Assembly (NCBI GenBank): GCA_002104905.1
Contig: MCFE01000440.1
Span: 10,275-74,274 of the forward strand
DNA length: 64,000 nucleotides
Origin: Basidiobolus meristosporus CBS 931.73
Taxonomy: Eukaryota; Fungi; Basidiobolomycota
Reading direction: 5' to 3'
Positions 1-13,100 of the stretch are shown piece after piece (the stretch's first letter is position 1; the number at the start of each line of letters is the position of its first letter). The position numbers were made by a program, and so were the translations under genes. The notes below the pieces were generated by a model. The model did not search any database and had not been told where the DNA came from. It worked only from the letters and a program-made list of their open reading frames with translations.

Positions 1-237
1 TTGGCATTGCAAACACGTAAAATAGGTTAAGGAAGGTCCCAAGAACATGTGTGCAAAGTTTGGTGCTGTTTGGACAACTTATCTAATTTTCATGTTCTGG
101 GTACCTGGTATTTTGGTGAAAATATTCTAAGTAAATCCCAACAAGGAATTTGGTCAGTATTCTCTAGGATTTGAAGGTAATGATCTAAGTGACTAAGTTA
201 GGTGAATATTTAGGTGGAAATACAAATTTTTACAACA
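1..237 (-). repeat. Copia family A LTR, cut by the window edge, abutting the gag of another family A copy
   Basis: Reverse complement matches the 5' part of the 349-bp LTR at 45323-45671 and starts TGTTGTAAAA at 237. No polypurine tract precedes it on the minus strand. Confidence 0.9.
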
Positions 238-1277
238 CCTATTGCCTTTGAAAGGTCCTGGGTACCTCCTTTGTTGGTTATCATTGCTTATTAAAGCACT
301 TTCTTCATTCTTATTGGCACTTGATTTTCTTAATTCCTTATCCAGGAGCCTTCCATATACATAATTTAAGGTCAAATCTTCAGTTCTGAGCTCTAGGGCT
401 GATACAAGGCCCTGAAACTGTCTTTCAGGCTATTCAGGATGGTTACTATCAGATCCTCATTAGTAGTTGGTATGTGCACAGATTCCATCTCATCTATCAG
501 TATGGTAATTCTGTTAATTAGATTTTTTATTTCTTCTGTGGGCTGCATCTTTGTAGTAAAGAATTTTTGTCTCAGATACATTTTCTTAGCAGCTGAACAT
601 GACTGATAGGTGTCTTCAAATGCCTTTCTAGCATTCTTTGCCATTTTTGCTCTTGAGCATTGAATTAGCAACTTGTCTTTAACATTAAGGCAAATGCAGT
701 TAAAGGCACTTTGTTCTTTCTTCTGGTGCTTTAAGGCTTCCTCTCTCATGTTTTTAGGAGGGCATTCTTCTCCCATGACAATATCCCAAAGGCCTCTTTC
801 TTGTAGCAGCATCTTCATCTTCACCTTCCACACTTGGTAGTTAGATCCATCCACATTTCAGCAAAGCAAGAAATTCCAGTAATAACAGTAGCAGACATTA
901 CAGAGAGTGATAGCCCAGGGCTCATAAACTGTTGTAAGAGTCTTGGAGATATTGGAAGTGATCTAGGAGAACAAGTAGATTATGTGGTTTTCACTTAATG
1001 ATTTATTTAATGTAAAAGTAGTATTTATACTTTTACATGGTGTTGGCTTAACAAACACATAGAATAAATTGAGGAAGGTCCCAAGAGCATGTGTGCAAAG
1101 CTTGGGGCTGTTTAAACAACTTTGAGAATTCTTGTGTTTTGGGTACCTGGTATTTTGGTGAAATATTCTAAGTAAATACCAACAAGGAATTTGGTCAGTA
1201 TTCTCTAGGATTTGAAGGTAATGATCTAAGTGACTAAGTTAGGTGAGTATTTAGGTGAATTACAAGTTTTTACAACA
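238..1277 (-). mobile_element. Truncated copia family A copy (A0): 5' LTR 930-1277, mutated PBS 918-929, frameshifted gag 898-238
   Basis: ORF 393-854 (NYQVWKVKMKMLLQERGLW...) is close to the A2 gag. PBS reads GTTTATGAGCCC versus GGTTATGAGCCC in intact copies. Confidence 0.9.
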
Positions 1278-1585
1278 CTAATAACTTCAAATATCTCCAA
1301 AAACTCTTGCTGCAAAATCTAAGTAACCAAGCTAATGAAAAATTTAGGTGGAGTTACAGAATATCCAGCATATTATACATGTGCCAATGCAGCTGTGGCT
1401 TACCTTGGTACCTATGCAATGGTGTCTATCTAGTTTGTATCCAAATGATCTCTAAATAAGGCATAGTTGACACATGATACAATCCATGAATTACTCATTG
1501 ACTTATTGATGTAGTGCAGTTTAGACATATTCAATAAACTCATATATATAAAAGTAACCTCATAGAGAAATATCTACAAAGGCTA

Positions 1586-1870
1586 CCCCTAGAAGACACT
1601 CACTAAAGGCAAGCAGGATACCATCATATATCAGTTGAATTCCAAGTTTCCATAAGCTTACACTGCTCAATATTTCAGGTACTAGCCATTTGGCAGATAA
1701 GCAAACATATTTTCTAGGGTGAGACTAGGCTGACAAGCGTACATACCAGGCTTGGTAATCAGCCACTCACTACTTTCACAAAGAATTACAACCAAAAATT
1801 TGAAGGAAAATACCAGCTGAATGCCAGTAAAACACCATTGGAGTACCGGCACAATACCGGCATCTTTTCA
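1586..1870 (+). repeat. Degenerate copy of the ~320-bp family D MITE
   Basis: Colinear similarity to 9845-10163 (cagttgaattcc, ttggtaatcagc, accagctgaat motifs). Ends approximate. Confidence 0.55.
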
Positions 1871-2393
1871 AGTCCCCTTAAAGGCCACCGCACCACAACT
1901 TGCCTGCGTTTTTCACTGCCTTCCACAGCAGGTTACGTTGTAGAGTGACAAAATCATCGGCCGAACGTTCGTTTCCACAGAGAAAGGAGGCCGGCAAGAG
2001 CCTCCTCTTTCCTAACACTGGTTTCTGGTCTCACTTGCTTCACATGTAGCTCAGCTGAAGGCTATCTAAGTAAAACCATGTTGAATCCCCCCAGCTTTGC
2101 AGTACTATCCAAACGGATGCGTATGTTGATGCCACGGAAAGAACTACACCATGATACGGGGTGGTTCATGGTATTCCAAGGTGTAGATCACCGGATGTTG
2201 GGATGGCTGTGTTTATTGAAATAGTTCGAATGACATACTATCGCTGTCCCGCGCAAAATAGCCGTTCCTAGAAACGGTTAGACTCGGGCAGGAACGCTAT
2301 TTGCTTATGCCGCACTAAGCACGTTTGATTATCAAGTTAATTAATGGTATATTAAGGTCCGTGGATTCGCTCCCCCAAGGCTACCCTTGTGCA

Positions 2394-3919
2394 TTAACGT
2401 TTGTTGGACTTGGCCAGGTCGGCGATGGATTTTCCTCGGGTCTCTGGCACAAACAGGATGCCGAAGGTGGTGAACACCAGGTTAAGGGCAGCAAAGATGA
2501 CAAAAGTGTAGTTCTGCAGCCCGGAAATCAACGAAGGGAAGATGAAGCCAATGATGAAGTTGCATATCCAGTTGACAGTGGTGGCACACGAGACCACCAC
2601 TCCGGAGGACCAGGTAGGCACCAGTTCCGGAACGATCATGAATGGCACCGTTCCCAGCCCCAAGCCAAATGACCCAGCAAAGCAAACCACCGAGGCGATG
2701 GTGAGTCCATCAATGGACAGATTCAGGGCGATGACCAGGAGCACCGAGAAGAGACACATGCAGCTAGAGCTAACAATGAACAGTGGCTTACGTCCCAGGC
2801 GATCGACCAACAAAGAAACCGCGGCGTTCACGAAGGTGTTGAAGGCCGAGATGGCCACGGTGATTTTGGACGCGACGTCGGCGCCCGCGGTTTCCGTCAA
2901 AATGGTGGTTGAGTAGAAGTTCACTCCATTGATGCCGCAAAGCTGCTGGGCTGCATGCACGACACAACTGATCACGAGCATGCGGCGAATGAACGGGTCC
3001 CTCAGGATATCGTGGATGCGGTTGTGCAAGCTGGCCTCCTTGTGCTGGCTGTGGAATTCGCTAACGTTGGACTTCATCATGTCGAACTCTTTTTCTACGT
3101 TGTAGCCGGAGCGCAGCTTGGCCAGGGTTGACTTGGCTTGCTCCCCGCGGTCCTCAGCCAACAGATAGCGCGGAGTTTCAGGGCAGAAGAGGAGCAAGAC
3201 CATTTGCAGCACTGCTGGGACAATAGTCAGACCGTACAGTATGCGCCAGCTAGGGACTATCGAGAGGACTAGCCCTAGAGCTTGTGACACCATGATGCCC
3301 AAGCACATGAACACCTGCACCAGTGCGCCCATGGCACCACGGATCCTCACAGGGGAAACCTCGTTGTTATACATCGGAGTCACGGTGGAGCCAACCCCGC
3401 ACCCAATTCCAACAATGAACCTTCCGATAATGAACATCGGCGTATTGACCGAAAAGGCCAAGAACAGCCCGCCAACGATAAGAAACAGATTATTCCAGAA
3501 GAGCGCTTGCTTTCTGCCAACCTTATCGGCTATCGGGCCAGCAAAGAAGCTCCCAACGAGCCCACCAATGGCGAAGACCCCGGTGGCGAAGCCCCTAGAA
3601 TGGTTAGCGGTTAGTGAATGGGGCTGGCGGGCGGACATCTCTTCCATCGTGCTTACCACAGCAGGTCTCCCATAGGAAGACAGTCAGGCAAAGTGCCGGT
3701 TCCGTTGTTTTCGCAGTAGCGCAGGATCTTCTCAGAGTTGTTTGGTACGCCCACGTTCCAGCCAAACTCGAAGGTGATGATGGTGGCGGATGCGCAGGAG
3801 AAGAGCACGTAGGAGGTGGGCCCGGCGTTGCTGGAGTCCAGCTGCCAAGACTCGGAAGAGCTGTGCTCCGGATCGACCCCGGATGTCCAGACTCTCTCTT
3901 TAGATTCTTTGGCGCTCAT
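2394..3919 (-). CDS. MFS sugar porter (GLUT/SLC2-like hexose transporter), 2 exons (3919-3657, 3594-2394), 487 aa
   Basis: Sugar-porter motifs DKVGRK, EVSPVRIRG, PETPRYL, QQLCGING, DRLGRK, PETRGK. ORFs 3653-3976 and 2394-3659 join in frame (LLW/GFATG) across a canonical intron. Start chosen at MSAKES (3919). Confidence 0.93.
3595..3656 (-). other. 62-nt spliceosomal intron of the sugar transporter
   Basis: Donor GTAAGC at 3656, branch-like CTAAC/GCTAAC, acceptor TTCTAG at 3595. Removal restores codon TGG and the frame. Confidence 0.92.
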
Positions 3920-6753
3920 GATTTGGAGGATGGATGGGGGGAGTGGGTTGGTTTTCTGCTGGTTGTGTTCACGCACGCCGTCTTATATTTCAGATCGGCC
4001 GGGGAAATGTTCCCAGGCGGTTAGCATCTGACATAGAGGTTATGCACACTTTAATTTAGCCCAAGGATCGCAAGCTGATGCCAGTAGAAACCTGTCTTGT
4101 CCCAGTGATACCCTCAAAATAGAGATCCCGCAACAACGGCCCTGACGAAATGGTAGCAAGCGGTAGGCCCTGCAAGCCAATGGGAGCCCTTCAACTACTG
4201 TTGATGCTGGCAACCCAGTCGATCCAGGAGGGGGGAGCTCAAAGGATTAGTCACCGTTACATCATGTCGCCAATCTCTGCGGCAAACAAGCACAGTTGAC
4301 GCATTGTTGGTCTACATCCAGCAGCTCGCTAAGCAGGCGAGCACCGATTGCTAGGCTCTGATCAAGTGATGGCAGTCTTACCTGCCAAATTGGCTGTGGT
4401 TGTTATGGCACGAGCCACGGGAGATAACCAGAAGTGTTTGTGGTTGCGTATCTCGATTCGATCGGGCCAATGGTGAGCCTTCCCCAGTCGCACAAATCGA
4501 AACCGTTGTGGTTGTCAGCTCATCAATATGAATACCTGCAGGTATGTCCAGCAACAGAGATGCGCGGCTCTGGTGAATTTCACGCTGTTGGGATGCAGCC
4601 CCCAAGGCAGCCGCTGAGGGTTAGGCCGGGTCAGCCTCATGTGTCGTCAGCCAAGCAGCGATGGTAAGCATTCGTCTAGCCCACCACAGCAGTCAGAGGA
4701 GAGTGCCAACGGCTGAGTCAGGTAGCCGCTGTTCAACGGTGAGTCTCCCCGCTGGTCATGAAAACAACCACAACCATAATCGTCGGTGGTTGCGTGAGAA
4801 CTGACCGCGAAATGGAGCGCTGATTGGGCCGAGGTGATCGTCTATCCATTCCTGGAAATCCGGTTCCCCAAGTGTCAACTCGATGGGATTCAGCATACGA
4901 ACCTGGTTGATGAAATCCGTGTGTTCCAACCCCGTCATGGAAACTACTGGCGAGATGAATATGGGTGCATCCGGTCGCTCGCTGGTTTATCGGGTCAGGT
5001 GGTCCAGGAGAGGGGATCCCAGGCTCCATACTGTGTCGGTGACACCTGAGGCTGTAAATCGCTTCACGTCACACCGAAAATCCAGGTCTGTCCTTGGAAA
5101 TGGCCAACTTGACCCAGACCAACTTTGAGCACTAGCTGGGTTGAGGCGAGCATGAGTGACAGCAAGCCCTGACCAAGTCGAGATGGGAGTGGAGGTGGTT
5201 CTACAGTGGAAGTCTCGTGGAAAACAGCTAGTAAGTCCATCAAAGTCACTACCCCAGGATTGAGTATCGTAAGATGCACAGGAAGGGTAGGCTATCCTTT
5301 GGTGGACAGTTCACTGACTGCCGCAAAGTGGTCTGTCCCATCATATTCAATGTTCGGAGGCAAGGCGCTAGAGACCTGTAGCTATGGGAGGCACCAAGTT
5401 CGGCCTAATGTCGCCTCGAAGCAAAGGGTGATTCCAGTTTCTCCTATTTGATGCTCAATGCCGCACAGGCCTACCGGTCCACCATCCACAAATAGCTCTC
5501 CCGGCCTTTTTATCTTCTCGACACTGGTGCTGCTTGAGAGCGCAGCTGATTTGGCAAAACTAACGAGAAGACATGGTTGGGTAGGTGATGACACTGGTGT
5601 CGTCTTGTTCTTACCGCCTTGCAGCAGAGCGATGCTTATTGGTGCGAAAGTTTGCATTGGGTAACAGAAAGGTTCGCTTGGAATGGTAATGATGGCCTCC
5701 GACTGGGTGCTGGCGAGTGCACTGACAACGGGATTGCATGGGGTGTATCGATGACCGATTACTGCACCCGATTGAGTGCCGGATTTATTATTGTCTGCAC
5801 ACGTTAGTGATTTCGAGCCGGGATTGGGAGGTGGGTTCTTAGGCCAAGTTGAGCATATGGTAGATAGCTTGGACATTTACCCCAAGGATTTCTCAAGTAG
5901 GCAACGAGATCATTTTTGGTCGAGCCCATCCCAATTCCGACACATCATTCCGGTTGGAAAACGATACTTTTCGGCATTCTCCAACTGAAAGACAAACAGG
6001 CCAGCATCCCGAGGAAAAATTAGGGAAGCCAACGGGAGAGCACTGCGGCGAAAACTGGAATCATCCAAAGGAAAGGTGCCGACTTAGGGTAACCAAAATC
6101 ATCCCAGGCAGCGCCATTTTGCAGACCAACATGCAGAGGCCTTGTCAATGTGGTACGGTTCAGCACAAGATGGAAAGCTCAAAAATAGATCTCGGAAGGT
6201 TGCAAAAACATGTGCACCGAGTCTGAGGGTGTTTGAAGAACTTTTGGAATTCCCATACTTTGACTACTTGACATCTTGGTGATCATAATGCCAGCAAGGC
6301 TTTGGGCAAGGAATACGAAGATTCATAAGTTATGATCCAAGTGCCAATAGGATATTCACGTGCAAGTACCAAACTCACTTCACCCAAACCTGACTAAATA
6401 CTCTCTAGACATGATACAAGAACCATCAGAGTAAAATTGCACCTCAAATATCCATAAAATCTTGGTCAAAATCATTCACTTTGGTAACCGCCAGGCTGTT
6501 ACTGATTGATTCCCTGCCCATGCCTGTACTTGCAGTTCCCATACTCTCCATCTGCTCCCATACTCTTGCACATTGACTGGCAAATACCTCTTTTTCAGAT
6601 CCCTCACCTATTGACTCCACCAGCACTTATACTTTTGCTAAATACTTATTCATTTACATTTACCAAAATATCCAATACACCTCAATTGTTGCTTGTAACA
6701 TCATATAAAAGCCCTTGTGCTCTACACTGGTGTTAGCTCTGGTGCTGCATTGT

Positions 6754-7088
6754 AGTTGCAAGAGGTTTGCAGACACTGGAAGTGATTGGGATAACAAGTA
6801 GAATATGTGGTATTCACACAATAATTTATTATAATGCGTATTTAATGTAGGTACTTTTACATGATCTTAACAGAGCAAAAACCTAAAATATGCTTAGAAA
6901 ACTTCCAAGTGAGTTTGTGCAAAGTTTAGGGCTGTTTGGAAAAATCTGAGATTTCTGATGTTTTGGGTACCTGGTATTCTGGTGAGAATATTCTAAGTAA
7001 TTCCCAGCAAGGAATTTGGCCTGAGTTCTCTAAGATGTGTGGGTAACAATCTAAGTGACTACAATAGGTGCATATCTTTGTGTCACCA
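6754..7088 (-). repeat. Strongly decayed family A-like LTR
   Basis: Retains gggtacctggtatt, atattctaagtaa, ctaagtgact and ggaagtgattggg blocks of the family A LTR. Ends approximate. Confidence 0.7.
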
Positions 7089-7350
7089 AAAAATTTGCGA
7101 TACTCCAAATCACTGATATTATTGCACTTACCAATCCAAATTGAGATCTTGGATATCCAAGTATGTCCCTTGCTAATGGATTGACACATACATCTGAAGT
7201 CATTTCATTGGTAGGACAAAAAGCCTAGTTAACCAAGCCACTCACTATAGCTTTCTGTGTGTACTAATGCCCAGAATCTCTGTGTTCAGTTCTACAAAGA
7301 AAAGTTGGATTTTAACCTCATTGTATATAGTATTGATTATCTGGAAGTAG

Positions 7351-7667
7351 CCCAATGAAAAATCTCAAGCTTGAAGTTCATCTAATCTTCAGCTGGCACT
7401 CCAGCAGTATTCTCTAGTATTCAGCTGATGCTTTTTCCCCAATTTTTGGTTGCAAAATTTGGCAGAAGTAGTGATCAGCTGATTACCAAATCTGGTGAGC
7501 TTATTGTATGGCCAAGTTTCCTCCAGGAAGATGTATCTGCAGGTGTGCTCAACAGCCAGTACCTGTCATGTAAATAGCTATCTCTTTTGAGATATTTGAA
7601 GCTTAGCAGACATTATTATGGTATTCTGCTGGCCTTTTCTCAATTCTGTTTAAGGAGCTTAGTAGGG
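7351..7667 (-). repeat. Family D MITE copy, inverted and decayed
   Basis: Reverse complement is colinear with 9845-10163. CCC...GGG ends, 317 bp, no matching TSD. Confidence 0.6.
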
Positions 7668-8150
7668 ACCTATTGACATAAATCTCAGTGTTGATGCAGC
7701 TCTGTCAGTCATATTGCTTTTTTTTAGCTACACAGGGAGCCATGTACTCTACTACTGAGGCGCAAAGTCCCAAGATTGGTTGCTCTCAATTTGCATGTGA
7801 TTGCCCTGTTAGAGTAGGGAATGGTGTAAACTGTGGAGGATATTTTGTCCTGATAGAAACATCCACAGTAAGCTTCAGCTTATCCCAAATATCATGTTTG
7901 AACTTTATAACTAATTCTTAAGCAGATCTCAGCAGCTCTGTTTAGGCACATGGATATCTATTCATGTGCTGTTATTGGATTCAATTAATAGTTCTGGTCA
8001 TGTTGGCTGATAGCACCTACCAAATATGAGATATCTCAATGTGATCCTTGCTTGCTACAGAGCAAAATGCAAATTACAGATGGGTAAGGGAAGTCTTGAT
8101 TTGCTGATGGCATCAGCTCTATTGTTTCAGGCAATGATTGATTGAGCTAA

Positions 8151-9178
8151 TCCTATGAAGCAATATTGTGATAAGGCCAGCAGAAAACCACCATAATGTC
8201 AGTTGAGTTCTGATTTCTCAAAAATGACAACTCTCAATATCTCAGTTATTGACTGTTGGGCACACTGGGATATATATTTCCTGGAGCACACTAGGCAAAT
8301 AGCAATCTCACAAAGCTTAGCAATCAGCTGGTCATTACTTCTACAAAAGATAGCAGCTAAAGATTTGTGGAAAAAGCACCAGCAGAATAGACTTGTTCTG
8401 TTGGATAGTGCCACATTGAGCCATGAGTGCCAAATGATGCCATAGTGTGCCAGGGAGGCCAAGTGAGCCTACACTTGGCCACAGAGTGTGCAGCACAGCT
8501 CTGCATCTTCATGCAAAGCAGCTCCTGTGTTTCACTCATTGTGATGGAGAAAATCCATTTTTTGACCTTTTTTTTTAGGTAAATGTTGTACAGGATGTGC
8601 AAGTGCACAAAAGGATTGAAGATATGCATCTGGTATTCAATACCCATGGCACTCTGAATCTAGCACATGTGGCTTGTAACATGTCACATAAATGCATGGC
8701 ACTATCTTGGTCCACTGGTACTATTCAGCACTATAAGTGCTTTGTATTAATCATACTTTAGGGCTAATATTTAAATATAGTGCCGGATAGTACCAGTGGA
8801 CCAAGATAGTGCCATGCATTTATGTGACATGTTACAAGCCACATGTGCTAGATTCAGAGTGCCATGGGTATTGAGTATCAGATGTATATCTTCAATCCTT
8901 TAGTGCTCTTACACCTCCTGCACAATATTGATCCTCAAAAAACGTCAAAAAATGGATTTTCTCCTGCATCATAGGTGAAACGCAGGGACTGCTCTGCATG
9001 AAGATGCAGATCTATGTTTCACACTCTGTGGCCAAGTATAGGCTCCCTTGGCCTCTCTGGCACACTATGGCATCATTTGGCACTCATGGCTCAATGTGGC
9101 ACTATCCAACAGAACAAGTCTAATATCAGTAATATACTACTGGAATGCCAGCACAATACCAGCACAGAATTATATGAG
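8151..9178 (+). repeat. Family D MITE copy interrupted by foldback element H1
   Basis: aggccagcagaaaaccaccataatgtcagttgagttc matches family D. Removing 8389-9121 plus one AAT restores cagcagaatatcag. Ends approximate. Confidence 0.6.
8389..9121. mobile_element. 733-bp foldback non-autonomous DNA transposon H1 (~347-bp inverted arms, 40-bp spacer), TSD AAT
   Basis: Arms 8389-8735 and 8776-9121 are reverse complements. Termini AGACTTGTTC...GAACAAGTCT, with AAT at 8386-8388 and 9122-9124. Confidence 0.92.
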
Positions 9179-9844
9179 CTACAAATATGGGATTCTTCAT
9201 AGATTAAGGTTTGCATCCATTAGGGTAACAGCTGACTTACAGAACTTCAGTCAGTAATTCTTTAGAATATCTTGAGTAGATATGGACTGGCCTAAAGTAA
9301 TGGTCAGGGCATATCTGTCTAAAGACAACTGTTTCCCTGAATAGTACCTGAACTCTCCTGGACTGGATACTCTAAACACCCTGAATAGTTTGCACTTGGT
9401 CTCTCTCAATAGTTGTTAGCTTTTGGTGGCCAAGATAAGATTGTTCTCATATAGAGCTAATAGACCTGAGCTTGCTCTATCAAGCTTAAAGTAGAAACCA
9501 TAGTCTGCACTATCACTTTGGAAACTTATGTACACTAAACAAAGATATAACTTGCAATTCCAGGCTTCTAATGATTGCTTGAGGTTATATACATACTTTT
9601 TTAAGCTCCCAGTCTAGATGAAGGTTTTATAGGTCAACAAATCTAGCATGCTGGTCTATTTACACATCCCATCATGTCCCCCATTCAAAAGCTGAGATTT
9701 GTAACAGGGTTTAGGGCAGCTTTGTCACAAATACCCATAGTTACTGCAATGAATGCGGAAGCAAGCTCTTGTCCAATAATCCCCCTTCTACTGACTGTTC
9801 TGGGCACTGGTTGGGAGCCATAGTGCCCTGAGCTCCTTTTGCTA

Positions 9845-10163
9845 CCCTATGAGAAAAATCAAGAAAAGGCCAGCAGAATACCATCATAATATTAGCTGAA
9901 TTCCAACTTTGCCAAAAGTGACAACTGACAATTTCTCAGAAGCTAGATTCACAGTAGACAAGCAGACATCTTTTTCAGGGGGGGACTAGACCAACTAGTA
10001 TTCACACTGGATTTGGTAATCAGCTGTGCACTACTTCCACCAAAACTGCAACTGAAAACTGGAAGCAGAAACACCAGCTGAATATTAGCAAAATACCATC
10101 AGAATATCAGCTGAATACCAGCTAAAAATCCAACAAATTCCAGCTTTGGCATTTCTCACAGGG
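9845..10163 (+). mobile_element. 319-bp CACTA/CMC-type MITE (family D), TIR CCCTRTGAGAAA, TSD CTA
   Basis: Starts CCCTATGAGAAA, ends TTTCTCACAGGG, with CTA on both flanks (9842-9844, 10164-10166). Fits the CMCWR terminal consensus of the CMC superfamily. Confidence 0.8.
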
Positions 10164-13100
10164 CTAGTGTTATGCATCAACATTTAAAACTTGACCAATT
10201 TTAGTCCATTGGAAAATCAGTACCCTAAATGACTTTACCAAGCCTAAAAATAGCTAATCCCAGTTATTGCTTATTTTATTCTATCTCAGAATCTATTTTT
10301 AGCTGTCACACTTAATCATTTATTGTGCAGTCATTATGTGCACACTGATCTGCTAAGCCTTTCCAAGTAATTAGTCATCTGAGATATATCAAACCACATG
10401 GTAGTTGCCAAGACATCAGCTAACTGATGATGCAATTTGCATTTCACCTTACACATCAATCAACACCCAAACTGATTTTAACTAATCTAGTCTATTAGCA
10501 TTTACTAACTCAGCTTGATCAGAAAAGTATTAAAAAATCTTACTGAACCTTTTGGCTTAGTGAATGTTTCAATGAAGTCAAGAAAGTAACTCATCAACTT
10601 CAAGGACTCAATAACTTCACTCTGGTGTCTACCCAAGCTTAGCATATCTAGTACTCTCAAGAACACCCAGCCTAGCCTGCATAGCAAACCAATTCTGTTG
10701 CCTTCATAGCAAAACCCAGCTCTATATAACACCAATATTGGATCAGAATCTCTCTGCTAACATTTCTGCCACTCTCTGAAAACTCCAATATTCCTCACTT
10801 AATTGTCCCATTGGTTCAGTTAAACCATTCAGGAGTTTTATTACACTTTTCTCTTATATACAGCATTTCTGTGTTGAATTCCAATATATTCAACTGCTTT
10901 ACAAGATGTGCTCAGCAGCAAGCAATCCAGTATTTCCATGCTGAAAGAAGCTCAAAGAAATCAGGAGGAGCTTATCAAGCAGCTTGAAAGCATCATGCAT
11001 GTAAGAAACACCTTGATGCTTGAGCACTCATAGCCTCTGAAGACAAGATCTGACAATGAGAGTATAGATGAACTCCTTGAAGTTATCTCTGGCTACCAAG
11101 ATGAAACTGGAATACTCAAAGCTGCTCTGGAGAATGTGGCCATAGTAATTGCCAGCACCAATTTGGCTAGCATGCAAGATGCTGACTGGGTTGAAGTGAA
11201 CATTCCTTTCAATAGTATATGAAAAATTGCCCAAAACTGTTTTTGCAGCTATTTTGAAGATCCCCAAAGAAAGCATATCAGAACTGCAACTTATGATAAG
11301 CTAAAATGCAAAAAGCTGAATCTGTGCAACACTTCTGTGATAGTTGCCAGAGACAAATGAGATTAGCTGAGGTTAGTGATTGTAATCTGTTGCTTACTTC
11401 TCATTCACTTTCAAACTTTTCACACCAGCTACAGAGCAATATTGGTATTGTGAATATGTGCCACCCTGCACGTACTTATGACCAAATCTTAAACATTTGG
11501 TCACTTCCAATCACCATGACTGCAGCTGTTAGCCAGATTTTGGGCATCTCAACCCAAGACCCTGCTACAACTGGAAAAGAGACCAATCAGGTGACTAAGA
11601 AGAAGTCAACTGCCACCAGGCACTATGAGCCTCAGAGAAGGAGCCATCATTCTACCAGCAAGTGCAAAGAAATTACTAAGCAGTCAAACCAGTCAGGAAA
11701 CACCTCAGAGGCACAGCAAAACACAAAAACTGATGATCTATAAGCTGATCACAAACACTTCAACTGTGGAAAAATGGGACCTAGATCACCTGCCTATCCT
11801 GACAACAACTCTACACCATTGCCAGAAGTTACACAGATTCTAGATGATTACTCTGCTAAAGATATGACAGGATATGAAGAGACATATGACAGACTTACAG
11901 CTCAAGATTATCACAACCTCTGTGAATTTCTACCTAAGATTGCAACTGCTCAAGAAAACAAGCAACCGATGACACAGCTAAAAGCCATTGTGGTGTTACT
12001 CACTTTCAATGACCAATCATATGTTGCAATACTGGATATTGGATAATCAAACTCTGTTTTATCACTCAACATAGTCAAAGACCCAACCAGAAAATAGAAA
12101 AATGACCAAGAAATCATACTTGCCACTAAGGACCTCTCAGCACCAGGAATTGGTATCACCAACACAATCAACATAGATTGTTGTCCAGTAACTATAATGC
12201 ATCAGAAGGAAGTTATTGGCATTCTGAGTGCAACTCAGGTAGTCTTTAGTCTAGACACCTTCACCAAACTTGGCTTTCACAATGGTGCACTACTGGTTTC
12301 CTATCCAGGAGTCACTAAATCTCAACTGCCCATTATAGATCAGATTCTAGAAATTATCTCATCCCAACTGGAAGAAGTGGAGTCAGCCCCAACTTCTTGA
12401 GCATATTCCAATCAGTCAAGCTGGATATTCAGCCAGCCATAGAAAGAAACCAAGCCATTCCAAGAATCAGTTCCTGCACTGTGACAGATTCAATAGTTAC
12501 ACTTGAAACACCTCCTGGAGAGTCAACATGGAGGCAACAATACTCAATTATGCATTCCTGTCAACACTTGGTGGATGAAATAGTCCAAAATTGGGCTGAC
12601 AACAGGATTATCACTCAAGCCTCTCTCACTTCAACATTCAACAGCCCCTTATATGCTTGCACCCAAGAAGGACATCAATGGGAATCCAACTCTGAAGAGA
12701 CCCTGGTTGGACCCCAGGCCTCTGAACAAACATGTTCAAGATGAAAAATTTCCAATTCCAAGAATCTAGGGAGTCTTTTTCTCACAATCAGGTGCAAAGG
12801 TATTCTCCAAGCTGGACCTAAAGGATGCAATCACCAGTCCCAAATCCCCCTGATCATTCATATTAGACTGCATTCACTGGGAATAATATGCAATAGATGT
12901 TTCAGGGAGCTCCCTTTGGCTTAAACACACTGACTGGCAAGTTCCATGAAAAGTGCAGTTTTGCTTACCACAAAATCAATATACTTGGATTTATAGTATA
13001 CCAGCTGGCCACCAACTAGACCCTTCCAAACTTGTCTACATTCCCAAATAGCCAAAACCCACTAGCACCAAGCACTTTCAGCATTATATTGGAGTATTCA

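Noticed and set aside
1983-2011. GGAGGC...GCCTCC hairpin as a terminator
   Set aside because: Eukaryotic context and a short stem that could arise by chance.
2325-4024. Plus-strand ORFs overlapping the transporter
   Set aside because: Antisense shadows of a GC-rich coding sequence with no recognisable features.
4756-4938. LNPIE (Tc1/IS630-like) or LGEPDF (aminotransferase-like) motifs
   Set aside because: Four to six residue matches with no supporting context, and a stop just upstream in frame.
5382-5876. GELFVDGG as an NRPS adenylation-domain motif
   Set aside because: No other adenylation core motifs at suitable spacing, and the frame ends soon after.
8199-9257. Repeated peptide MASLAHYGIIWHSWLNVAL (also at 41.9-42.6 kb) as a small gene family
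   Set aside because: It is a by-product of the palindromic foldback arms and starts at non-ATG codons.
10070-10135. Short CAGCTGAATA-type repeats as a CRISPR or satellite array
   Set aside because: Irregular spacing and no spacers. They are subterminal repeats of the family D MITE.
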